Assembly (NCBI GenBank): GCA_032718475.1
Contig: JAUCBJ010000820.1
Coordinates: 1-41,100 of the forward strand
DNA: 41,100 nt
DNA from: Nemertoderma westbladi
Lineage: Eukaryota; Animalia; Xenacoelomorpha
Direction: 5' to 3'
Position numbers and translations under genes: made by a program. The notes beneath the pieces were generated by a model that was not told the origin of the DNA, did no database searches, and saw nothing but the letters and a program-made list of their open reading frames with translations. Shown piece after piece: positions 27,901 to 39,286 of the stretch. The first letter of the stretch is position 1. Each line of letters begins with the position of its first letter.

Positions 27901-28217
27901 TTTTTATTTAATTACATTTATCGCGATTTCTTATTACTGGTTGCACATGAATTGATGGAGTTTTCAATTTATTAACTAAACACGATATCGCGCATCGCAC
28001 CAGCGTGGTTTCGAAATTCCAAAACGAGGTCTTCACTAGTTGCAGGTCGATTTTGTTCTAGAATTGAGCAACTAATAATAGATCGAATTTATTAATAATT
28101 ATTGTATGAAATATGATTGTATTTTTACATAATTATTAGTTCTATACTAATTCTCGTTGTCTCTTTTATTTAAAATAAAAAGTCGGTTCCTTATCGGGCC
28201 GCTAGGCCCGTCACTAG
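15926..28217. repeat. Higher-order duplications within the cluster
   Basis: 15926-18317 matches 25826-28217 (offset 9900). About 10620-11790 matches about 18840-20010 (offset 8219). About 11790-12787 matches about 24494-25491 (offset 12704). Offsets are taken from identical ORF translations. Confidence 0.9.
25492..25825 (+). mobile_element. Minimal type-B element (334 bp, internally deleted)
   Basis: B head (CAAGTC-GTAG-GACTTG) and B tail retained, most of the interior missing. Confidence 0.85.
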
Positions 28218-29728
28218 TTAGGAACCGAGAGGTTCATTACTGTAAGAATTGCTCGTGGCTGGCTGACTGGCTGGCTGGCTGACTGATCTACAGCCAAAAC
28301 TACTCTAACGATTTTGATGAAATTTTCACAGCGGCTAGATACCGCGATTCTAAGGTCCCTGGTATGTTCCGCTATTTCGTCCATGAGCCGTGGGCTCGAA
28401 AAATAGACATAAACGAAAAAACGCCATAGGCGCAATGGTAAAATAACACCAATAACAGCTGGTGTCGTGATGAAAAATGGTTATGTAATGGATTTCTACA
28501 CAAGGCTTAGTATAAATCGATGAGGTTGCCAAGATTATTGTACTTAGTACACCCATACTGTTTGTTTAGGCCCTGCACTCTTTGTCAAAGCAAATATTAA
28601 CTGGTTGATTTAGTTTGTGGTTCTACACAGGCTTAGTATAAATCGATGAGGCTGCCAACTGGTTGGTTTAGTTTGCAATCTATTACCGCCTCAGCTGAAT
28701 AACTCTTCCCCCTGCTGAATGACTATTAGGTATACAGTGTATCGGCTACATTAATGCCAACATTATTGCAAAATGTTTTATTGTTTGATTACTCTCTGTC
28801 AGTCTCCCCTTCAGAACATTGTATAGGAAATTTACTTTAGTTTACTCTACTGTGCCATTCAGCTGAATGGATTTGAGCGATTGCCAAGTTACAGAGTTGG
28901 ATCATTCTCTGACCATAGGCAAAGGGAAATCTTGTTAAAATATACTTTTTCCATGTTTTTTTTTCTGACCAAAAATTTCAAAAAAAATTTTTCGTAGCCA
29001 GTACTGCCAATCGATTCGCCATCAAAAATAACGCAAAAAATTTTTTTTGCAAAATTTTAAATTACTGTAAATTTTTGGCGACTGGGGGGGGTCAATTTTT
29101 TTCGATCCGCTATAACTCCGGAACGCTTTGTCCAAATTCGATGGGGTTTTCATTTTTCAACTTAATTCGATGTCCTCTTTCAGCCTATCCATGTTTCGAA
29201 ACCCCAAACACCGCCGTTCAAAAATAAATTTTTTCTAGTTCTAGAATTTTACAAATTTCAAAAAAGTTGCAGTATTTTATTAACGCCTTTACGGAATTCG
29301 ATAGCGTTTTCGATTTTTATATTAAACGCAATATCCTGAATCTCACTAGCCTAGTTTCGCGTCACCAATGCCAAGACTTCATACTTTTTGAGGAAAATTT
29401 TTCAAGAATAATTTTTATTTAATTACATTTATCGCGATTTCTTATTACTGGATGCACATGAATTGATGGAGTTATCAATTTATTAACTCAACACGATATC
29501 GCGCATCGCACCAGCGTGGTTTCGAAATTCCAAAACGAGGTCTTCACTAGTTGCAGGTCGATTTTGTTCTAGAATGGAGCAACTAATAATAGATCGAATT
29601 TATTAATAATTATTGTATGAAATATGATTGTATTTTTACATAATTATTAGTTCTATACTAATTCTCGTTGTCTCTTTTATTTAAAATAAAAAGTCGGTTC
29701 CTTATCGGGCCGCTAGGCCCGTCACTAG

Positions 29729-29786
29729 TATTATGTTACACACTTTGTAAGCCTTTGACACTTGCTGGCTGCAATATTTGCTGAAA
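29729..29786 (-). pseudogene. 58-bp stranded internal piece of the same CR1 ORF2
   Basis: Translates FSKYCSQQVSKAYKVCNII and joins in frame to ...KDLGVIMTKNLN at 31287 once 29787-31286 is removed. Confidence 0.85.
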
Positions 29787-31286
29787 TCAGGAACCGAGAG
29801 GTTCATTACTGTAAGAATTGCTCGAGACTGGCTGGCTGACTGATTGATTGACTGACCTACAGCCAAAACTACTCTAACAATTTTGATGAAATTTTCACAG
29901 CGGCTAGATAGCGCGATTCTAAGGTCCCTGGTATGTTCTGCTATTTCGTCCATGAGTCGTGGGCTCGAAAAATAGACATAAACGAAAAAACGCCATAGGC
30001 GCAATGGTAAAATAACACCAATAACAGCTGGTGTCGTGATGAAAAATGGCTTATGTAATGGATTTCTACACAAGGCTTAGTATAAATCGATGAGGTTGCC
30101 AAGATTATTGTACTCAGTACACCCATACTGTTTGTTTAGGCCCTAGGACAAGGACACTCTGTCAAAGCAAATATTAACTGGTTGGTTTAGTTTGAAATCT
30201 ATTATCGCCTCAGCTGAATTACTCTTCCCAATGCATTCTATGGGGATATCTCACTCTGCTAATGTAAGCTGAATGACTTAAGTACACAGTGTGTTGACTA
30301 CATTAATGCCAACATTATTGCAAAATGTTTTATTGTTGGATTACTCTCTGTCAGTCTCCCCTTCAGAACATTGTATAGGGAATTTACTTTAGTTTACTCT
30401 ACTGTGCCATTCAGCTGAATGGATTTGAGCGATTGCCAAGTACAGAGTTGGATCATTCTCTGACCATAGGCAAAGACATCAAATCTTTTTAAAAATATAC
30501 TTTTTCGATGTTTTTTTTCTGACCAAAAATTTCAAAAAAAAATTTTTCGTAGCCAGTACTGCCAATCGATTCGCCATCAAAAATTACGCAAAAAATTTTT
30601 TTTGCAAAATTTTAAATTACTGTAAATTTTTGGCGACTGGGGGGGTCAATTTTTTTTCGATCCGCTATAACTCCGGAACGCTTTGTCCAAATTCGATGGG
30701 GTTTTCATTTTTCAACTTAATTCGATGTCTTCTTTCAGCCTATCCATGTTTCGAAACCCCAAACAGCGCCGTCCAAAAATTATTTTTTTCTAGTTCTAGA
30801 ATTTTACAAATTTCAAAAAAGTTGCAGTATTTTATTAACGCCTTTACGGAATTCGATAGCGTTTTCGATTTTTATATTAAACGCAATATCCTGAATCTCA
30901 CTAGCCTAGTTTCGCGTCACCAATGCCAAGATTTCATATTTTTTGAGGAAAATTTTTCTAGAATAATTTTTATTTAATTACATTTATAGCGATTTCTTAT
31001 TACTGATTGCACATGAATTGATGGAGTTTTCAATTTATTAACTAAACACGATATCGCGCATCGCACCAGCGTGGTTTCGAAATTCCAAAACGAGGTCTTC
31101 ACTAGTTGCAGGTCGATTTTGTTCTAGAATTGAGCAACTAATAATAGATAGAATTTATTAATAATTATTGTATGAAATATGATTGTATTTTTAGATAATT
31201 ATTAGTTCTATACTAATTCTCGTTGTCTCTTTTATTTAATAAAATAAAAAGTCGGTTCCTTATCGGGCCGCTAGGCCCGTCACTAG
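29787..31286 (+). mobile_element. Solitary full-length type-A element, 1500 bp
   Basis: Starts TCAGGAACCGAGAGGTTC and ends TCGGTTCCTTATCGGGCCGCTAGGCCCGTCACTAG. It sits between A and T of the CR1 host (CTGAAA^TTAAGA) with no TSD. Confidence 0.92.
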
Positions 31287-33215
31287 TTAAGATTTTTAGT
31301 CATAATAACCCCAAGATCTTTACAGGATTCCTTGAGTTCTAGAATGTCACGTTTTACTCCAACGGGTTAGAGAATCTAACGCTAGTTGCATATTTAACGA
31401 ATTTTCACTGCTGTCATAAATTTTCAAATCATCAGCAAATAGTTTGCAATCGACATATGTCAATTCTGAAGGCAAATCATTTACAAACACAAGGAATAAA
31501 ATCGGTCCCAAGACGCTTCCTTGGGGAGTTCCCGATATGACATCAGCATAATCTGAGTACTTATTGCCTACTAATATGCACTGTTTGCGATTTGTTAAAA
31601 AGGCCCGAATCCAGTCTAATAGACTACCCATGATCCCATACGCAGCCACCAACTTCTGTAAAAGTTTTGTGTGTACCACCTTGTCGAATGCTTTCTCAAA
31701 GTCGATATAAATTATATCAACATTATGTTTTTTATCTAAAAGCTTATACCAATCATTATTGGTGCACTCGAGTAAATGGGTGGCTGTGGGTCGCCGCTTC
31801 AGAAAACCATGTTGATTTTTTGAAATAATGCTGTTTGAAAGGAGGTACTTTAAGAGCTCATTTTTTATACATGTTTCCATTATTTTGCAAGCAATGCATG
31901 TCAGAGATATCGGCTGATAGTTGTATGGGTTTGATGGGTTATCTTTCTTAAACAGTGGTACAACAATGGCGGTGCGTCAAATATTCGGTAAGGAGTGCGA
32001 ACTAAAAGATATATCAAATATCGCAGACAGAGGCGCAGCCAGGTGTCTAGCCAAGCTTCGAAATAAAAGACTAGGCAAGCCATCTGGTGTGGAGCCAGAT
32101 TTGTTCTGTAAGTCACGTAAAATCTTATATACTGTACTGCACTAGGATTAAAATTAACATCACTTAAATAGGAATCATTAGGCGTCGCACGATTAAACGT
32201 AGGAATATTGCCATCATTTTGACAATAATCTTCCGCCAGTACTGTAGAAAGTCCTGGCCTTGATAAGCGTCATCAACGATCACATCACCATTGTATTTCA
32301 AGGGGGCAACTCCCGATTTATAATTACGTTTTGAATTTACGTAGCTAAAAATAGCATTTGGACATCCAGACGTTAGAATCTGGTTTTCTTTCAGACACAG
32401 ATTTCTAAATATTGTTCTAGAAATTTCTTTCGAACAGCGGTCATACGCTAATTTTCCCTGGTTCGAATGTCGCCTTCTCCACAGTAATTTTTTTTTACGT
32501 TGTAGTTTCTTAATGTGATCGGGATAACGCTTCTTTAGTGAAACCGGAATTTCTTTACGAGGAATAAAACGATTTATTCCCTGTTTAAGAACATCATCAA
32601 AAACACTCCAATATGTATCTACTGTACCACAAGAATGAAAATTACGTGACCAGTCTTGAGCTTCTAAAAATGAAGAAAAGGCTGCGTAGTCGGCATTCTT
32701 AAAGTCTAAATAATGTAATGGTTCACTGTTAACAAATTGGTATGGACCACATAGGTTAAAGGTTACAGACGAATGGTCACTTGTGGAAAAACCTCCGTTT
32801 ACAGTGACGTCACTAACACAGAGTACGTCACTGGTGAAAACGAAGTCTAGCGTACTTTCCCCCCTCTGGTGGGTTTATTTACAAGTTGAGTGAACCCTGC
32901 CTCGTGTACACAATTAAAAAAGCTCTTATATACATCAGATTCCGGAAAGGTCATTGCCTCCCAGTTAAATTCGCGGAAATTAAAATCACCAATTTGCTCC
33001 ACAGTCTACCCCACAGTTTGCTGTGGGGTAACTAACATCAGAAAGATGAGAAATACACTCACAAAATCACTTGACATATTCCAAACTACTACACAATGAA
33101 CTATTGCTGTGATAGGCACAAATTAATCTTGGTGCATCGCCAAGAATATCAACTGCAATAATTTCACAATCCTCATATTTTTTATCCGGAAAAATTCTGG
33201 CACAAGAAATGAAAC
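31287..33215 (-). pseudogene. CR1-type LINE ORF2, APE endonuclease + RT part (decayed)
   Basis: APE motifs GDFNF (about 32985), LDFVFT (about 32840) and SDH (about 32778). RT motifs QHGF, YIDFEKAFDKV, GTPQGSVLGPILF, FADD and KDLGV. Contains stops and frameshifts. Confidence 0.93.
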
Positions 33216-33706
33216 TTTGATCAAATTCTGGATTGACGTGATTGGTTGCTGATTAGTAGCAGCTTTCTCCAACCACATTACTTAGTTTTATACAAAATGG
33301 AATGATGTTAACTGGAAAAGCCACGATCTAAGCACCAGTTCCTTAGGCTACATCTGTCCAGCTGTCTCTACATACTGGCATATACATACGGCAGTACGGG
33401 CTAGTACCAGGCACCAGTAACCTACCCAACGTTAGACCGAAACCGAACTGCTACGAGAATCGTACAGCCGTATTTCTGTAGTTGTCAGTTGGGATACCGC
33501 TTACCGGTAGATGTGAGCTATACCTATAAAGTTAACGACTGAACGACTGCACAGCAGTACAATACAGCAGTAACTGCAGTCCCTAAGGCAGCAGTAGTGC
33601 TGTGGCTTTCCGCAAATTTAAATATGAAAAAAGATATGTAAAATTTCTTCAAATTTTAAAATTGTTAATGCCAAAATTAATAATTTTTACCCCTCTTTCA
33701 ATTTTC

Positions 33707-33788
33707 GATTCAGATTGGGTTCAGATTTGGTATAATTCTCGAGATCGGGTCCAGATTGGGTTCAGATTGGGTTCAGATAGGTCCAGAT
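33707..33788. repeat. Short 12-bp repeat cluster (CAGATTGGGTT-like)
   Basis: Several imperfect copies are visible. Confidence 0.6.
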
Positions 33789-33950
33789 ATGACTTAAGTA
33801 CTATACAAATAATAGTAAAAAAGTAACCATTGCCTTCTATGGCCTTTGACTATTAATTTTAACATTTTTGCTTGTTAAAGTCAAATCAAGCTGCACCGTT
33901 TGACTTCGCTTTGCCTTTTCTTTGGCAGTTTTGACTTTTTTCTGATTGAC

Positions 33951-34028
33951 TTTTTACCAGGATTTGCCTTTTTACCAGGATTTGCCTTTTTACCAGGATT
34001 TGCCTTTTTACCAGGATTTGCCTTTTTA
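33951..34028. repeat. 18-bp tandem repeat x4 (TTTTTACCAGGATTTGCC)
   Basis: Perfect copies are visible. Confidence 0.95.
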
Positions 34029-35169
34029 GTAAATGATGCCTCCAGGGCACAGTGGGCGAGGGATCTGTTTACAGACCTCTAGCTACCTATAGACAGAAGT
34101 AACCAAGGATTAGGTTGTTTATTCAGGTATTTTCAGGTCGGTTTTCAGTGTGACTGATTTAAATTCAACATAAATCAAAGTCGGACAATGAAACGAAATG
34201 AAACTTAGTAAATAGTTAAATGTGGAGTCAGACCCCCCCCCCCCCGTCCTTATTCATTTAACCTCCCTCCCTACAATATATTGTAAATACATAATGGCTT
34301 ATGAGTCTTCCCTACAGCAGGCCTCCTGTTCCAGGACTGGTACGAGATTTATACCGGGGTAGTACACCGACTATAGTCTATAGGCCCGGTTACTGCGCGG
34401 CATTTTTATGTGCATGAGCTTTTTTTTAACTGTTTTTCAAGCTTTTTTGAGCTTTTTTTTAAGCTAGTTTTGCCTGTTTCTAACGTTCAGTTAAAAAGGA
34501 GAAAATATGATTGTTCTAGAATTAGATAATTGGCCTCATTTTGTTTGTTTTTAAGTGAGATGGTTGGTTAGTAGCTATCCTACTGAATTGATAGTAATTT
34601 AATCCCAAAAATGTAATTATGCGCACTAAAGTTGTGCCTCGAAATATTAACATCACTTTGGATGAGCTATTCCCTAGTTGCATTGGGAGCTAGTAGTGTG
34701 GGGCGAGCCACGAAAGTAAGCTATCTTAGCATACGGGTACCACTAACTCAATCGATGTGTCTGTCGTTCTGTTGTGTCCAATTTTGAACGTTAATAACTC
34801 GGCCAAAAGGTACACATGTTTTCCAAGTTAATTCGTTATTTTTAAGTTGATTACGGTAAAAACAGGACTTTACTGCCAGCCCTTTAATGAAAATTAATTA
34901 TTTTCGAGTATAAGATTTAAATAATTGTTAAAGCTTTTGCGACTGAAATTCACATTTTCTTAGCAATGCGCTGTTCTACTCCAAACTCATAGAATTGATT
35001 AAGTATAGATAAGATTCACAAAATCCATACGCCCCGACGTGTTCAATTCTGGTATACATGTCTTTGCTTTACGGGAATACGGCCAATACGAGTTATTTTC
35101 CCATTTTCTTGGTTCCCGGCCATCTCTAGTATATTTAGAAATGAAGCGACAGCCGTTAGTCAGCGGGGT

Positions 35170-35369
35170 GATCATATTAAGTGATTTGTGGATATAGGGG
35201 CAAGAGGGTCTATCGCTGCGCTGACAATAAAAACACTCGGTGTTAGTGGAGTAAGGTTTCGGCTTTCCGCCCTACAGACTCTTCACTACTTACTCCACTA
35301 ACACCGAGTGTTTTCATTGTCAGCGATAGACCCTCTTGTCCCTATGTCCACAAACCACTTAATATGATC
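35170..35369. repeat. 200-bp foldback / inverted repeat (probable MITE)
   Basis: Arm 35170-35255 is the reverse complement of 35289-35369 apart from a few substitutions and one 5-bp indel. The spacer is 33 bp. Confidence 0.9.
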
Positions 35370-35600
35370 TCTAGTAAACAATGCAGTAACTAAGCTTCTG
35401 ATTGGAAGTTGCTATGTATATCACCATATGGTGCATGGTTCTAAGAATTCCTTGCTTTCGATGGTTGGACGCCATATGGTCAATTTATGTATAATTTGGT
35501 GATGTTATGGAGTTGCAGCTATTAATAAATGTAAAGACTTGATTATCTTATTTAGATCTAACGAGGTAAGCTGTGGTGGGTTAATGAATAGTAGCAAACA

Positions 35601-35821
35601 GTCGGCCGAAGCCGGAGGCGACCCGAAGGCTCCTCTTTCGATAGCTGCTACCCGAGGGTAGGGGTGGGCGCTACTCCTATCCCAAGATTTGCTCCCAGTT
35701 ATTTAACTGGTACTCATTTTATCTACCCCAGTGGATGAAAGGCTGAGTGGACCCTAGCGGGGCTGAACCTACAACCATTGGATTGCAGGCCCGGCGCTCA
35801 ACCAACTGATCTACCCCGCCC
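35601..35821 (-). mobile_element. tRNA-derived SINE (family 1)
   Basis: Minus strand reads A-box-like TAGATCAGTTGG, B-box-like GGTTCAGCCC, a core CCACTCAGCCTTTCATCC...GATAAAATGAGTACC, and a structured 3' region containing one copy of the 36-bp repeat core. Confidence 0.8.
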
Positions 35822-36721
35822 GGTACTAATCGGTACTAATTAATAGTACCGATTCACAATCAATTGGTGTGCATGAAAATATATGTTATTTGATAGCCCC
35901 AACGTGTGTGAGGCTAAAAACTCCTTATTCATGAGTAAAATTATCACAAGTCAGTAAATCAGGTCCCAGAGTGTATTTCAGTCAGGTCCATAATACCACA
36001 TCCCTAACAGGTGTGACAAACTACAGTATGATTCTTATTAACAATCTGTTGTAATTACCTTAAGTCACATACCTGTATGTTATCTAGAACACAACACCAA
36101 AAACGGAACTGTTAATACTATCCCGTCGTGAACATACTGTAGTTGTTAGAAATTATATAGAGACAATCAATCGAATGATACAACGGCACATTTTTGTAAG
36201 CCGATGTATTTCAGGCTGGGCTCCCTCACGGGACATACGCCGCGCTAGCTGATTTATATCTGATGTTAACACGTTTGGCAAAATTAAGCAAGATTTCTGT
36301 GATAATAATATTTGACGGTGAAAATTATTGAAGTCTTCTAAATGCGCGAACAATAATTGTACTTATAAATTATACAGCTGTAATCCCCATAGCCTATTTA
36401 ATTTTAGTTTTAATTAGTTCAAGTGATCTAAACGTAATTAAGTCTAAATGTCCCGGTCACTCTATTCTTCCAGCTCCCTCATTCCTTGGCATACTTGCTA
36501 TTGCCTAGCCTAGCTGTGAACCAGTCCAACCACATCACCACTACTTGAACAATGGGTAATTACTGTACATCTATAGGACATAAGCAGTAGTGTAAGGTGC
36601 CAGACTAATAAGTCAGCTTGCGTATTATTTATCTCGCAAAATGATTGGCTGAGTATTTAATCGTGATTCTTTAGAATAATTAGCTAAATGAATGGGAGAA
36701 TCTTTTAGGCTCGTTAAGCCA

Positions 36722-38612
36722 AGGAATGCCTGTTCACCATCCATGGGTGATCTTCCACAGTAAACCCTTCCACTCTGCTTCCTAAAGGAATGCCTATTCA
36801 CCACCATGGGTGATCTTCCACAGTAAACCCTTCCACTCTGCTTCCTAAAGGAATGCCTGTTCACCACCATGGGTGATCTTCCACAGTAAAACATTCCAAT
36901 CTGTTTCCCAAAGGAATGCCTGTCCACCACCATGTGTGATCTTCCACAGTAAACCCTTCCACTCTGTTTCCTAAAGGAATGCCTGTTAACCACCATGGGT
37001 GATCTTCCACAGTAAACCCTTCCACTCTGTTTCCTAAAGGAATGCATGTTCACCACCATGGGTGATCTTCCACAGTAAAACATTCCAATCTGTTTCCCAA
37101 AGGAATGCCTGTCCACCACCATGTGTGATCTTCCACAGTAAACCCTTCCACTCTGCTTCCTAAAGGGATGCCTGTTCACCACCATGGGTGATCTTCCACA
37201 GTAAAACATTCCAATCTGTTTCCCAAAGGAATGCCTGTCCACCACCATGTGTGATCTTCCACAGTAAACCCTTCCACTCTGTTTCCTAAAGGAATGCCTG
37301 TTAACCACCATGGGTGATCTTCCACAGTAAACCCTTCCACTCTGTTTCCTAAAGGAATGCATGTTCACCACCATGTGTGATCTTCCACAGTAAACCCTTC
37401 CACTCTGTTTCCTACAGGAATGCCTGTTCACTACCATGGGTGATCTTCCACAGTAAACCCTTCCTCTCTGTTTCCTAAAGGAAGGCCTGTTCACCACCAT
37501 GGGTGATCTTCTACAGTAAACCTTTTCACTCTGTTTCGTAAAGGAATGCCTGGTGACCACCATGGGTGATCTTCCACAGTAAACCTTTTCACTCTGTTTC
37601 CTAAAGGAATGCCTGTTCACCACCATGGGTGATCTTCCACGGTAAACCCTTCCACTCTGTTTCTTAAAGGAATGCCTGTTCACTACCATGGGTGATCTTC
37701 CACAGTAAACCCTTCCACTACACGTTTCCTAAAGTAATGCCTGTTCACCACCATGGGTGATCTTCCACAGTAAACCCTTCCACTCTGTTTCCTAAAGGAA
37801 GGCCTGTTCACCACCATGGGTGATCTTCCACAGTAAACCTTTTCACTCTGTTTCGTAAAGGAATGCCTGATGACCACCATGGGTGATCTTCCACAGTAAA
37901 CCTTTTCACTCTGTTTCCTAAAGGAATGCCTGTTCACCACCATGGGTGATCTTCCACAGTAAACCTTTTCACTCTGTTTCGTAAAGGAATGCCTGATGAC
38001 CACCATGGGTGATCTTCCACAGTAAACCTTTTCACTCTGTTTCCTAAAGGAATGCCTGTTCACCACCATGGGTGATCTTCCACAGTAAACCCTTCCACTA
38101 CACGTTTCCTAAAGTAATGCCTGTTCACCACCATGGGTGATCTTCCACAGTAAACCCTTCCACTCTGTTTCCTAAAGGAAGGCCTGTTCACCACCATGGG
38201 TGATCTTCCACAGTAAACCTTTTCACTCTGTTTCGTAAAGGAATGCCTGATGACCACCATGGGTGATCTTCCACAGTAAACCTTTTCACTCTGTTTCGTA
38301 AAGGAATGCCTGATGACCACCATGGGTGATCTTCCACAGTAAACCCTTCCACTCTGTTTCCTAAAGGAAGGCCTGTTCACCACCATGGGTGATCTTCCAC
38401 AGTAAACCTTTTCACTCTGTTTCGTAAAGGAATGCCTGATGACCACCATGGGTGATCTTCCACAGTAAACCCTTCCACTCTGTTTCTTAAAGGAATGCCT
38501 GTTCACCACCATGGGTGATCTTCCACAGTAAACCCTTCCACTCTGTTTCCTAAAGGAATGCCTGTTCACCAAGATGGGTGATCTTCCACAGTAAACCTTT
38601 TCACTATGTTTC
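36722..38612. repeat. 63-bp minisatellite, about 30 units
   Basis: Unit AGGAATGCCTGTTCACCACCATGGGTGATCTTCCACAGTAAACCCTTCCACTCTGTTTCCTAA. The 21-aa periodic ORFs are its translation. Confidence 0.97.
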
Positions 38613-38788
38613 CGAAGTTGCCTTGGTTCCCATTTATTGACCACTGAAGGATAAAAGCCAGGGTTGGGCTAGGCTGCAGCATTTATACTTTATAGCACTA
38701 TGCCCAAACAATGCTGCCCCATCTAGGGATAGAACCAGGACTTCCTAATTGGAACCCCAGGAAAGTCACCACTAGACCAAGCTGCTGC
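38613..38788 (-). mobile_element. tRNA-derived SINE head and core (family 2) leading into the 63-bp array
   Basis: Minus strand has A box TGGTCTAGTGG (38779-38769) and B box GGTTCTATCCC (38736-38726). Its core at 38625-38668 aligns with the SINE core at 35709-35750. Confidence 0.72.
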
Positions 38789-39018
38789 TTGGTCTTGTGG
38801 TGACACTATAGTAATAATATTGAAAATATGTTCCCCGTTATTTAACATGCAAAATGTAGATATATTTATATATGGAACTATATATATGTATATATATATA
38901 TATGGATTTTCACGAATTTATTCATATGATAGTTTCATTTAGTGCATTAAGAAAGGCATTAAGAATATTCCAACAGTAAACAGAAATTGTCAAATTATAG
39001 CTAAATTTTTATCCATAG

Positions 39019-39286
39019 GATCCAGAGGAATTTGAACAAATGTTCAAGGTTGACATCCCTACATTCGATATGATATAAAAGGAATCAATCCTTTGGTAAC
39101 AGATAAGCGTTTCTTATTTGGACAATAATTGCCATTAATTAGCATAGAAACTGATCTACAGTATACGCTGCAATATTTTAGCAGTTGTCTTACTCGTCGT
39201 TAAAACAACAATAGCTACAGAGTACAGTACCATACCGTACGGAAATCATATATATCAAAGAGAATTCCTATTATTTGTGAAAGTGA
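39019..39286 (+). pseudogene. Probable PIF/Harbinger transposase N-terminal remnant
   Basis: Manual translation across frameshifts and stops gives DPEEFEQMFKVDIPTFDM..KGINPLV..LISIETDLQYTLQYF..NNSYRVQYHTVRKSYISKRIPIICES. This resembles the HARBI1-type HTH region. No DDE motifs were seen. Confidence 0.5.

Larger units (their letters stand above)
7372..31286 (+). mobile_element. About 24-kb head-to-tail cluster of 14 non-autonomous Helitron/Helentron-like elements
   Basis: Every unit ends with a GC-rich hairpin + CTAG (ends at 8215, 9154, 12787, 13812, 15925, 18317, 20662, 22164, 23660, 25491, 25825, 28217, 29728, 31286). Complete units start with a 5' hairpin followed by a (CTGA/CTGG)n microsatellite. 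No RepHel coding sequence is recognisable. Confidence 0.88.

Noticed and set aside
7437-30977. Recurrent 60-180 aa ORFs in the rolling-circle cluster
   Set aside because: Frames change with homopolymer length between copies, and there are no Rep (HUH/Y2) or helicase motifs.
34690-35130. Another Helitron-like remnant ending in CTAG
   Set aside because: I found no convincing terminal hairpin or matching subterminal repeats.
35760-35821. Functional tRNA genes here and at 38720-38788
   Set aside because: Only A/B-box-like motifs are present with no complete cloverleaf, and both continue into SINE core sequence.
36625-38644. Repetitive Cys/His/Arg-rich ORFs
   Set aside because: These translate the 63-bp minisatellite. 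The frame shifts at 62-bp units and no domain is recognisable.
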